DNA of 64,000 bases from an uncultured Actinomycetes bacterium. Its GTDB lineage: Bacteria > Actinomycetota > Acidimicrobiia > IMCC26256 > PALSA-610. The stretch covers positions 4,395,034-4,459,033 of the forward strand of contig OY970315.1 in the NCBI GenBank assembly GCA_963716525.1, given 5' to 3'. The notes under the pieces were generated by a model that worked only from the letters and a program-made list of their open reading frames with translations, had not been told where the DNA came from and searched no databases. How positions within the stretch are numbered: the stretch's first letter is position 1; each line of letters begins with the position of its first letter. Below are positions 27,640-36,259 of this stretch, one piece after another. A program made the translations under genes and the position numbers.

Positions 27640-28716
27640 ATGGTCGTCGCGGCCGCGCTGGTCGCCACCGCGGCGTGCGCGAGCTCGCACGGATCGACGG
27701 AGAGCACCCGAAACACCCGAAGCACCCGAAGTACCAAGAGCGCACCGGCGCCTACGACCGGCGCGGCCGCGACCACGACGACCACGGCGAACAAGGCCGC
27801 GGTGACCCTCGCCTTTGCCGGTGACGTGCATTTCGAAGGACCCCTGCGCGACGCGCTCGACGCGAACGCCGCCACCGTGCTCAGCGCGGTCGCCCCCGTG
27901 CTGCGCTCGTACGACATCACGATGGTGAACCTCGAGACGGCGATCACCGAGCGGGGAACGCCCGCCGCGAAGCAGTACACGTTCCGTGCGCCGCCGAGCG
28001 CGCTGGCGGCGCTCACCGATGCCGGGATCGACGTCGCCACGGAGGCGAACAACCACGGCGTCGACTACGGACCAACCGGCCTCGCAGACTCGCTCGAGGC
28101 GCGTGCGCACTCGCCCGGTGTACACGTGATCGGCATCGGAAAGGACGCCGACGACGCGTATTCACCGTTCCGCGCGACGGTGCACGGCCAGCGCATCGCC
28201 ATCATCGCCGCGACGCAGGTGATCGACGACGAGCTCGTGCAGCAGTGGACCGCCACCGACGACCACGGGGGCGTCGCGTCGGCGAAGGACGTGCCCCGCC
28301 TCCTCGCCGAGGTTCGCGCGGCGCGGGCGACGAGCGACACTGTCGTCGTGTTCCTCCACTGGGGTGTCGAGGGCGCGACCTGCCCGTCGGCCGACCAGCG
28401 CGCCATCGCCCGGCAGCTCGTGGCCGCCGGCGCCGACATCGTGGTGGGCAGCCACTCGCACCGGCTTGAAGGTGCGGGGTTCGTAGGTGGTGGCGACGAC
28501 GGCTTCGTCGACTACGGCCTGGGAAACTTCGCGTTCTACACCGGCACCACGAGCGGCGTGCTCACGGTGACGGTCTCGGGCCGCCACGTGGAGCACTACG
28601 GATGGGTGCCGGCCGCGCTCGTGGGCGGACGTCCGCGGCCGTTGACCGGTGGGGCCGCGACCCAGGCCACCGCCGCGTGGCAGTCACTGCGGGCGTGCAC
28701 CGACCTCGATCCGTGA
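27640..28716 (+). CDS. CapA family (PGA_cap, metallophosphoesterase-like) lipoprotein
   Basis: The lipobox is VATAAC, followed by a Ser/Thr/Arg linker and then LAFAGDVHF.., NLETAIT.., EANNHGVDYG.., VVGSHSHR. The start is uncertain: ATG 27640 is used here, and ATG 27562 is the alternative. Confidence 0.75.
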   Translation: MVVAAALVATAACASSHGSTESTRNTRSTRSTKSAPAPTTGAAATTTTTANKAAVTLAFAGDVHFEGPLRDALDANAATVLSAVAPVLRSYDITMVNLETAITERGTPAAKQYTFRAPPSALAALTDAGIDVATEANNHGVDYGPTGLADSLEARAHSPGVHVIGIGKDADDAYSPFRATVHGQRIAIIAATQVIDDELVQQWTATDDHGGVASAKDVPRLLAEVRAARATSDTVVVFLHWGVEGATCPSADQRAIARQLVAAGADIVVGSHSHRLEGAGFVGGGDDGFVDYGLGNFAFYTGTTSGVLTVTVSGRHVEHYGWVPAALVGGRPRPLTGGAATQATAAWQSLRACTDLDP

Positions 28717-28725
28717 CACCGACGC

Positions 28726-28779
28726 CTCGGGTGCCCTATGGACCGTCGACCGCGGCGCTCACCGCGCCGAGCACCCGAG
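28726..28779. terminator. nested inverted repeats between the convergent CapA and uppP genes
   Basis: The outer arms are CTCGGGTGC (28726-28734) and GCACCCGAG (28771-28779). An inner hairpin, GGCGC-TCACC-GCGCC, lies at 28754-28768. Confidence 0.3.
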
Positions 28780-28793
28780 CGCAGCTACACCGG

Positions 28794-29705
28794 TCAGGCG
28801 AACCGGATCATGGAGATCGCGCCGGCGGCGAGGCAGTAGATCGCGAACGGCACGAGGTTGTTGCTGCGGTAGAAGCGCACCAGGAAACGCACTGCGATGT
28901 AGGCCGCGATGCCCGCGGCGACGCTGCCCGCCAGGACCTCGCCGCGAATGCCGTCGCCGAGGTGGCCCATGAGGTCGGGCAGCTTGTAGACGCCGGCCGC
29001 GAAGATGATCGGTGTCGCGAGCATGAACGAGAAACGCGCGGCCTCTTCGTGGTCGAGGCCGCGCGCGAGCCCGGCGACCATGGTGATGCCCGAGCGGCTG
29101 ATGCCCGCGAACAGCGCTCCGATCTGTGCCACACCGATCACCAGCGCCTCACGCCATGTCATGTCCTCGACCGTCCGCACCGTATGCGTGCGCTCGGCCA
29201 GCTCGTTCACGACCTCCTCGCTCGCGAGCGCGGGTACCGGCTCGCACACGAGCGCTTCGGCGATACGCCGCCGCCGGAGCCACTCGCCGAGGAACAGGAC
29301 CACACCGTTGACGGTGAGAAACAGCGCGGCAGCGAACGGCTTCGCGAACAGCGTGCGCAGGGCGTGCTCGAGGACGAGACCGGTGAGGCCGGCAGGGATC
29401 GTCGCGACGATCAGGAGCCACGCAAGGTGCTCGTTGCGGTCGGTGACCTTGCGCCGGCCGAGCACGCGGAAGGCCGCGGGGATCACGTCGCGCCAGTCGC
29501 GCCAGTAGTACACGAGCAGCGCGAGCGCGGTCGCCACGTGCAGGCCGACGACGAACGCGAGGTAGGGCGACTCGCTCTGTGACTGCGACTTGACGATGAC
29601 GTTCCAGTTGAGCCAAGCGGGCACGAGCACGGAGTGACCGAGGCTGGAGATCGGGAACAGCTCGGTGACGCCCTGGAGCACACCGACGACGATCGCGTGG
29701 ACCAT
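28794..29705 (-). CDS. uppP: undecaprenyl-diphosphate phosphatase
   Basis: MVHAIVVGVLQGVTELFPISSLGH matches the UppP/BacA N-terminal motif, and ..GISRSGITMVAGL.. is present. ATG 29705 was chosen by N-terminal spacing; ATG 29759 is the alternative. Confidence 0.85.
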   Translation of the reverse strand: MVHAIVVGVLQGVTELFPISSLGHSVLVPAWLNWNVIVKSQSQSESPYLAFVVGLHVATALALLVYYWRDWRDVIPAAFRVLGRRKVTDRNEHLAWLLIVATIPAGLTGLVLEHALRTLFAKPFAAALFLTVNGVVLFLGEWLRRRRIAEALVCEPVPALASEEVVNELAERTHTVRTVEDMTWREALVIGVAQIGALFAGISRSGITMVAGLARGLDHEEAARFSFMLATPIIFAAGVYKLPDLMGHLGDGIRGEVLAGSVAAGIAAYIAVRFLVRFYRSNNLVPFAIYCLAAGAISMIRFA

Positions 29706-29930
29706 CGTGAGCTCGTGCGAGAACGCGACGGGGTGCCCGATGGTGGCGAGTGAGACCATTGCGATGTGCACGCAGAGCTCCAGTGTTCCGGCCCGAACAA
29801 CGGTGCCGTGCGACACGGCCGGGCGTCAGCAAGCGAAGGCTTGACGTTACCGAGCAACGAAGGACGCACAGCCGGTGACGCGGCACGCGGCGCCGCTCGT
29901 CACATCATCAGATCTTCACAAGCAACCGGA

Positions 29931-29959
29931 TTTTGCCGACGCTTTCCCGCCGCTTTGCT
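29931..29959 (+). promoter_or_regulatory. three 11-bp-phased heptamers: TTTTGCC / CTTTCCC / CTTTGCT
   Basis: Direct reading places them at 29931-37, 29942-48 and 29953-59. The site is intergenic, between the HK stop (30056) and the uppP start (29705). It belongs to the same family as the sites at 32094, 33749 and 57837. Confidence 0.45.
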
Positions 29960-30055
29960 GATCGTGCGAGCGCGCACAAGTCCGTTTCTACGCTGCCGCG
30001 CAACTGGAGGCGCGACGACCGCTCGCCGATGCAGCACGAGTTGCGCCGGAGCAGA

Positions 30056-31334
30056 TCAGACGAGCGTGAGCTCGAACGATGGTCTGCCCGCGCGCCGTGC
30101 GAAGCGCAGCTCGCCACCTTCGGCGTGCGCAAGCGCGATCGCGAGCTGCAACCCGTAGCCGTGGCCACCGGTGGGCGACGATGCCACGAGCGTGTCGAGG
30201 TCGGTGGCGATGCCCGGACCTTCGTCCTCGACCGCCACCACCACACCACCGCCGCTTCCGGCACGGACCACGACGGTGACCGTCCCGGCGCCGTGGAGCA
30301 GCGCGTTGTCGAGCAACACATCGAGGATCTGTGACACTGCCGCGCTCGACCCGTTGACCGTCGCTGGGGCATCGACGCGGTCCAACACCTGTGCGCGTAA
30401 CGACCGGTGCGCGGCCGAGTAGCGCTCCCGCCACCGGTCCACGGCGGCGTACGACACTGCAGCCGGCTCCATCGGACCGCGACCAGCGGTGCCATGCGAG
30501 AGCGCGAGCAGCTCGCGAATCGTGGCCTCGAGCCGGTCGACCTCGGCGAGCAGCTCCGTGAGCGCGGTGCCGGCGTCCGGCCTCGGCTGGGCGAGCTCGG
30601 CCTCGATCGCGAGCCGCAGCGACGTGAGCGGTGTGCGCAACTGGTGCGACGCGTGGGCGCTGAACGAACGCTCGCGTTCGACGAGCTCGCCCAGCCGGGT
30701 CGCGGTGTCGTCGAGCGCCTGGGCGACCGCGTCGACCTGGGCGATGCCCGAGCGCGGCGCGCTGCGCGGTGAAGTCACCGCGACCGAGCTGACCCGCGGC
30801 GTCGCTCAGGTGCGCGAGCGGCCGCGCGAGCCGGCTCGACAGCCACAGCCCGATCGCGGCCGCGATGAGCAGGGCGGCCGCGCCGAACAGCGCGATGTTG
30901 AGACGCTGGCGGCGCAACTCGGCGTCGACGACGCTCACCGGCTCCTCGGCGCGGACCACCGCGACCACCGCGAGGTGGCGCACCACGGGCACACCGACGA
31001 CGAAGGATGCGCCCTGCCGGCCCCCGACCGTGTGGCCCGTGAGCGCACGGCGCGGCAGCGCGTCGGCCACGCGCGGGCCTTCGCCGCCGATGCGGCGTCC
31101 CTGCGTGTCGTACACCGCGAGGTCGCCGCCCGACGCGAGGTCGGGCATCGCGATGCGGGTGGACGGCAGGACGCGTTCCGGCACCCGCTGGCTCGCCGTG
31201 GTCGCCGCCCGCTCGAGGCGGGCGATCGCCTGCGTGCGATCGTCGCCGGCAAGGCGCACACCGAGCGGCACGGCCAGCGCGATCACCGCCAGCAGCGACA
31301 CCGCGAGGATGGCAGCGAGGATGCGCCACCTCAC
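30056..31334 (-). pseudogene. sensor histidine kinase (partner of the OmpR-type regulator) with one frame break in the HAMP region
   Basis: The N-terminal sensor part (GTG 31334, VRWRILAAILAVSLL.., second TM, ..LSSRLARPLAHLSDAAGQLGRGDFT) lies in the frame of ORF 29988..32414. The remainder (..APRSGIAQVDAV.., H-box SHQLRTPLTSL, LLDNALLHG, DEGPGI, GHGYGLQLA) lies in ORF 30056..30778. The switch falls at about 30750-30777 in a (GC)n run. There is a GTGA overlap with the regulator gene. Confidence 0.75.
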
Positions 31335-32011
31335 GGTCGTTCGAGCCGGTACCCGACCCCGCGCAGGGTCGTGATGTTGACCGCTCCGGGTCGCGTCGCC
31401 TCCAGCTTGCGGCGCAACGACGCGATCGTGACGTCGAGCGTCTTGGTCGAGCCGTACCAGTGCTCGTCCCAGATGGCGCTCATGAGATCTTCGCGACGCA
31501 GCACCGATCCCGCGGCGCCTGCCAGCGCGGCGAGCAGGTCGAACTCCTTCGCGCGCAGCCCGAGGTCGACCTGGTCGAGCATCGCGATCCGGCCACCGAG
31601 GTCGACCACGAGCGATCCCACCACGAACCGCTCGCCGCGCTCGGCCCGCCGCCGCATGTGGGCGCGGACGCGTGCCGACAGCTCCGCCAGGCGGAACGGC
31701 TTGGTGACGTAGTCGACCGCGCCGCTGTCGAGTCCGACGACGATGTCGATCTCGGCGTCGCGCGCCGTGAGCATGATGATCGGGAGCGCAGGCCGCCGCG
31801 CGAGCACCGCCTGGCACACGTCGAGACCGTCGGCGTCGGGCAATCCAAGGTCGAGCAGCATCAGATCGGGCGGCTCGCCGGCCGCCGCGGCCATCGCCTC
31901 GGCCGCCGTGCGCACCCAGCGAACCTCGGTCTCGTCGTTCGCCAGCGCTCGCTGGAGATTCGCACCGATGCGTTCGTCGTCCTCGACGATCAGCACCCGC
32001 CCGGCACGCAT
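31331..32011 (-). CDS. OmpR/PhoB-family response regulator
   Basis: The start is ATG 32011 (MRAGRVLIVEDDERIG..). LLDLGLPDADG, DYVTKPF and the winged-helix tail ..TLRGVGYRLERP are present. Confidence 0.9.
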   Translation of the reverse strand: MRAGRVLIVEDDERIGANLQRALANDETEVRWVRTAAEAMAAAAGEPPDLMLLDLGLPDADGLDVCQAVLARRPALPIIMLTARDAEIDIVVGLDSGAVDYVTKPFRLAELSARVRAHMRRRAERGERFVVGSLVVDLGGRIAMLDQVDLGLRAKEFDLLAALAGAAGSVLRREDLMSAIWDEHWYGSTKTLDVTIASLRRKLEATRPGAVNITTLRGVGYRLERP

Positions 32012-32093
32012 GGGCGACGAGCGTAAACGCGCGGTTCCGCCAGGGTGTCCCACGGGGCTCCGGCGGCCGCGATCGGAGTGTTGCGGCAGCATG

Positions 32094-32111
32094 TTTTGCC
32101 CGGGTTTTGCC
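32094..32111 (+). promoter_or_regulatory. TTTTGCC-N4-TTTTGCC direct repeat (11-bp phase) in the divergent promoter region of the OmpR-type operon
   Basis: Exact heptamers lie at 32094-32100 and 32105-32111, 83-100 bp upstream of the regulator start codon. Confidence 0.5.
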
Positions 32112-32157
32112 GCACTCCACGTGCGCCTTGATGCCGTGCTCTCTAGGGTCGCTGACG

Positions 32158-32769
32158 ATGCGGCGTGGCGCCGCGTCGATGACGATGCTTGCGAAGACCG
32201 GATCAGGCGCGCACCTGCACGCCGAACACAGGGACCACAGCCTCCACGCGGCCGGCGTCGAGTGCACCCAGCTCGCGCTCGACGCCCTGCTGGACGCCCA
32301 GACCGCGGCCACGCGCCGGCCGCCGTTCCGCGTCACACCTGCGCACGTGCTCCTCGGACTGTTGCGCCAGCACCGTTCGGCCGCCGGCGAGCTCCTCGCC
32401 GCGGGTGGTCTCACCGAGAAGCGGGTGTGGGCAGCATTCGACTACCGCAAATGGCGGCTGCACGGCATGCGGCGCCTGCGCGGCCCCCTGCTCGGCGCCC
32501 GGCCGCGCTGGACGCGCGCGGCGTGCGAGGTGGTAGCGGCCGCGGCGCGCGAGAGCCGCGGTCGCGATACGCCGGTGGTCGACACGATCGATCTCCTCGC
32601 CGCCATCAGCGACGTGGGTGACGCGTTCGCCGCACATCTCCTCGATCCCGCGCACATCTCGGAGATCGGGCAGATCACGTTGCCGCACGACGCACACCTC
32701 GTGGAGCTGGAGCGGTCGCCCACGACCCAGCTTCCGAGCTTCACAACGCTGCGCAAGCTCCACACGTGA
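32158..32769 (+). CDS. Clp R (N-terminal) domain-like protein
   Basis: This is track ORF 32107..32769. It has two repeats of the Clp_N-like pattern (..RVTPAHVLLGLLRQ..GELLAAGGL.. and ..VVDTIDLLAAISD..AAHLL..). The start is uncertain: TTG 32107 lies inside the repeat motif, and in-frame ATGs occur at 32131, 32158 and 32179. Confidence 0.45.
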   Translation: MRRGAASMTMLAKTGSGAHLHAEHRDHSLHAAGVECTQLALDALLDAQTAATRRPPFRVTPAHVLLGLLRQHRSAAGELLAAGGLTEKRVWAAFDYRKWRLHGMRRLRGPLLGARPRWTRAACEVVAAAARESRGRDTPVVDTIDLLAAISDVGDAFAAHLLDPAHISEIGQITLPHDAHLVELERSPTTQLPSFTTLRKLHT

Positions 32770-32784
32770 GCGCACCGTCGCGCA

Positions 32785-33735
32785 TCACACGTGTGCGGAG
32801 GCACGCAGGCTCGTGACGGTACGCACGGCCGGGAGCGCAGGCAGACCGAGCATCTGCTCCCAGGTGCGGAGCGCGGCGTTGTGGCTCGCCGTGAACGCGG
32901 TGATCGGGCCCCGCCGGGCCGCCGGTGCGACGAGCAGGTTCGGCACTGGCCGGTCTTCGTCGTACACGACGAAGACCGCGGTGGTACCTGAGCGGTAGTC
33001 GGCGCCGCGGAGTATCGCGCCGAGGTGCGCGGAGAGCCACGAGTCGACCTTCGCGTTACCGCAGTTGTGCCCGTCGTTGCAGAGATTCGGCGTGATCATC
33101 GCGAACGTGGGCAGATGGTTCGGGTCGAACTCCGTGAACGGACGGACCTCCGCGTTGCAGCGCGGATGATCGCTGCCCCCGTAGTAGTAGAGCGCCGGGA
33201 CGTGCCGGGCGGCATTGCCGGCCGCCGAGCATCCCGCGTGGGCGCCCTCGACGTAGGAGCGCGTGGTGCCACCGGCGGCGCGGACCTGGCGGAAGATGTT
33301 GTTGTCGAGCGAGCGGCACGTGGCCGACGGGGCGCAGTCGCCGGAGGTCGACCGGTTGTCGACGCCGGACGTGAGGCCGATGTACTGGCTGAGGCTGCCC
33401 TGGTGCGCGTCGGTCTCGTTCCACTTCGTGTAGTAGGCGCACGTCTGCGCGAGCCCGTGCAGGTAGGGCATCGACGTGAACCCGGGACCGCCGACGGCAG
33501 GCCAGCGGCGGTTCTCTTCCATGACCACCACGACGTGCCGGTAGCGGGCGGGCGGCGCGCCCGACCCGCACGTCGCCGCGGCCGGTTCCGCGCTCGTCTT
33601 GGAGGCGCTACTCGACGGCTGCCCGGAGGCCGATGCCGCCGGGTGCGACGTCGAAGACGTCGATGTCGCCGAGACGCTCGTGCCGCAGCCGAGCGCGAGG
33701 ACGGTGGCGGCGACGATCATGGGGAGTGGGCGCAT
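32785..33735 (-). CDS. secreted phosphoesterase family lipoprotein (acid phosphatase / phospholipase C-like, PF04185 type)
   Basis: The start is ATG 33735 (MRPLPMIVAATVLALGCG, containing a lipobox), followed by a Ser-rich linker. HVVVVMEENR and ITPNLCNDGHN are present. Confidence 0.75.
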   Translation of the reverse strand: MRPLPMIVAATVLALGCGTSVSATSTSSTSHPAASASGQPSSSASKTSAEPAAATCGSGAPPARYRHVVVVMEENRRWPAVGGPGFTSMPYLHGLAQTCAYYTKWNETDAHQGSLSQYIGLTSGVDNRSTSGDCAPSATCRSLDNNIFRQVRAAGGTTRSYVEGAHAGCSAAGNAARHVPALYYYGGSDHPRCNAEVRPFTEFDPNHLPTFAMITPNLCNDGHNCGNAKVDSWLSAHLGAILRGADYRSGTTAVFVVYDEDRPVPNLLVAPAARRGPITAFTASHNAALRTWEQMLGLPALPAVRTVTSLRASAHV

Positions 33736-33748
33736 GACCCGCACAGTA

Positions 33749-33766
33749 CGCAAAAACGAAGCAAAA
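33749..33766 (-). promoter_or_regulatory. 11-bp-phased heptamer pair CGCAAAA-N4-AGCAAAA (TTTTGCT/TTTTGCG on the minus strand)
   Basis: Direct reading places it 14-31 nt upstream of the phosphoesterase ATG. Confidence 0.4.
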
Positions 33767-33813
33767 CCTCCCGCGACACCGCACACAACCGTCCACCACG
33801 GGGCGATGATGGC

Positions 33814-34204
33814 ATGGACCTCTCCCCCCACGTCCCCACGTTGCGTTCGCGGCGACACCCTGCTGCAGTGCCCCCACCACAGCGCGGGGTGTCGCCGTGT
33901 TGCTGGTGGTGCGGCACTAGCTTCGCGGCGCGGGCCGGCGTGCCGCTCGGCGCCACCGCCGTGCTCACCGTGAACACCACCGGCGACGTCGGCTTCGCAG
34001 CGGCAGCTCGACAGCTTCATCGAACGCTGGAAGACCGAGGGCGGGAACACCGTCTACCCCGAACCGCGGGTCGGGGCAGTACTCGTCGCTGCGCGCCGGC
34101 AAGTTCTCGGCCGACGACAACTGGCGCCTGGAGGCCTACGACTCACGCTCGGCACGACTGGTCTGTGGAAACCGATCACCCCGGTGCAGGACATCAGCCG
34201 CTGA
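33814..34204 (+). pseudogene. possible decayed gene: protein-like segments in three shifting frames
   Basis: The segments are MDLSPHV..CCWWCGTSFAARAGVPLGATAVLTVNTTGDVGFAAAA / QLDSFIERWKTEGGNTVYPEPRVG / QYSSLRAGKFSADDNWRLEAYD / LTLGTTGLWKPITPVQDISR. Each has high third-position GC by hand count, but they lie in different frames. No family was recognised. Confidence 0.3.
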
Positions 34205-34625
34205 GTTGACCATCGTGGGACGCGCCCAGCGCGGTGCGCACCCGCCGGCCCGTGATGATCGACGGCTCGACGCGCACGAAGTGATCGGCCGCGCCGTCGA
34301 AGGCCCATGACTCGAGCGGGAGCGCGCGCACGGCGGCGAGCTCGGCGGGATCCGTCACCTCGTGCGCGATGCCGCGGACGAGCACGCTCCATGCGCCGTC
34401 CGAGTCGTCGGCGCCGCCGTCGACCTCGAACGCCACGACGGCGTTGGCAGTGGCCGCGTCAAGCTTCGTGCCGGAGACGGTGCGGAACAGCACGGCCCCG
34501 TCGTGCATCGCGTAGTTCACCGGAAGCACGGCGGGCAGCGCGTCGATAGTCACACCGACGCGACCGATCGACCCGCGGCGCAGCAGCCGGTGGCACTCGG
34601 CTTCGTCCAGGTCCACGATGCTCAT
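34194..34625 (-). CDS. pyridoxamine 5'-phosphate oxidase (PPOX) class FMN/F420-binding split-barrel protein
   Basis: Track ORF of 143 aa: ..ECHRLLRRGSIGRVGV..LPVNYAMHDGAVLFRT..WSVLVRG... It is paralogous to 42721..43176. Confidence 0.75.
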   Translation of the reverse strand: MSIVDLDEAECHRLLRRGSIGRVGVTIDALPAVLPVNYAMHDGAVLFRTVSGTKLDAATANAVVAFEVDGGADDSDGAWSVLVRGIAHEVTDPAELAAVRALPLESWAFDGAADHFVRVEPSIITGRRVRTALGASHDGQLSG

Positions 34626-34727
34626 GTCCTTCGTGCGTCCGGCGTGATCATCGGTTCATCTTCGGCGCTGCGCATTGCAACTCACAGTGCCGAAGGTCCC
34701 GACACCTGCGGCCCTCGTGCCGGGTCT

Positions 34728-36259
34728 TCAGGAACTCTTCACGATGGCCGCTCGCAGCTGCAGGGCCGCCTCGGCCGGCGGGCGATCGCTCTCCGCCGGC
34801 CGAGCCGCGGGCCAGGGCTCGAAGCGCTCCCGCAGGGCCGCAGCGGTCGCGCCGTAGGCATCGGATGCGTCACCGCCGAGATGCTGGCGAGCCGCGGCCC
34901 GGGCCGCGGCGGCCGCCTCGCTCGCCCGGCACTCGACCGCGACGCATTCGCTGCCCGTCGCCGCGGCGAGCGTCGCGGCCGCCTCACGGCGAGCGGCCGT
35001 GCTCCACGAGGCGTCGAGGATGACCGTCACGCCGCGCTCGAGGTGGCGGCGCGCACCGTCGAGGAGGGCTTCGTAAGTGCGGTCCGACCACGGCCCGCCG
35101 TACAGACCGCGGTCGAGCTCGGCCGCGGCGCTCGTGCGCGGCTCGATTCCCGCGAGGCGCTTGCGCACCTCGTCGGAGTGCAGCACCGACCAGCCGGTCG
35201 CGGCCGCGAGTGCGCGTGCGAGCGTGGTCTTGCCGGTGGCCGGTGGCCCGCCGATCAGGACGAGCCGCACCCGGCCCCGGACCAGATGCCGGGCGCACAG
35301 GTCGAGGAACGCGCGAGCGGTGCCGGCCGCGGTCGTATCGGTGCCCGCGTCGGCGCGCAGGCACGCGACCTTGCCGCGTACGAGCGCTCGGTACGCCACG
35401 TAGTGGTGCTCGAGCGACTCCGGCCAGGCGTCACCACTGTGCTCGCGATAGCGGTCGAGAAGGCGCGCCGCGAGGTCGGCCCGGCCGAGGTGCTCGAGAT
35501 CCATCGCGAGGAACGCCACGTCGGCCAGCGCGTCGCCGAAACGGAGCCGGTCGTCGAACTCGAGGCAGTCGAGCACGCGTGGACCGTCGTCCATGCAGAA
35601 CACGTCGTCGGCGAGGAGATCGCCGTGCCCGTCGCACGCGCGGCCGCCCGCCACGCGCGCCGCGAACAGCGCAGCCCGCCCGGCGGTATACGTGCGAGCA
35701 TCGGCGGCGATCTGCTCCAACAACGGCCGGTCGAGCAGCGTGCCGGCGAACGGCTCGAGCTCGTGCCGATTCGACTCCCACAGCTCAGTGACCGCCTCCA
35801 CCGACGCGGCCCCGTCGATCTCGGGGCCGCGCGGGCACCCTCGTGGAACGCGGCGAGCAGCGCCGCGACCCGATCGATGCAGGCCGGCGCGCCGTGATGC
35901 TCCCGGGCGAGCGCCGCGAGCCGGCGGTCCTCCGGGAGCCGCCGCATCTCCACGACGTGATCCACGATGTGGCCCGCACCGTCGTCGACCGCATCGATAC
36001 CGACGTACACGTCGGGCGCGAGCCTCCGGTTCAAGGCCACCTCACGCTCGCAGTTCGCGAGGCGCCGATCCATCGTCGAGAGGTCGACGAACGGGTAGCG
36101 AACCGCCTTCTTGCACTTCCAGACACGCGTGGCGCTGAACGCGAGGATCGACACGTGGGTCTCGGAAAAGGTCGCGGCGCCGGCCCCGCGCCGCTCCAGC
36201 CAGGCGGCGAGCCGCTGCCGTTGCGCGTCGACGGCCGCGACAGTGGCTTCGTGGGTCAA
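34728..36259 (-). pseudogene. bifunctional aminoglycoside-phosphotransferase-like / AAA_33 ATP-binding protein with one frame break
   Basis: The N-terminal part (TTG 36259; ..ATFSETHVSILAFSATRVWKCKKAVRYPFVDLST..) lies in the frame of ORF 35255..37162. The remainder (..HGDLLADDVF.., Walker A GGPPATGKTT..) lies in ORF 34728..35801. The switch falls at about 35817-35830, where a C-run looks 1 nt short. There is a TTGA overlap with the upstream gene. Confidence 0.7.

Noticed and set aside
27713-27740. 9-bp micro-repeat (CACCCGAA x3) inside the CapA gene.
   Set aside because: It encodes the Ser/Thr/Arg-rich linker after the lipobox (STRNTRSTRSTKS). This is ordinary low-complexity linker slippage.
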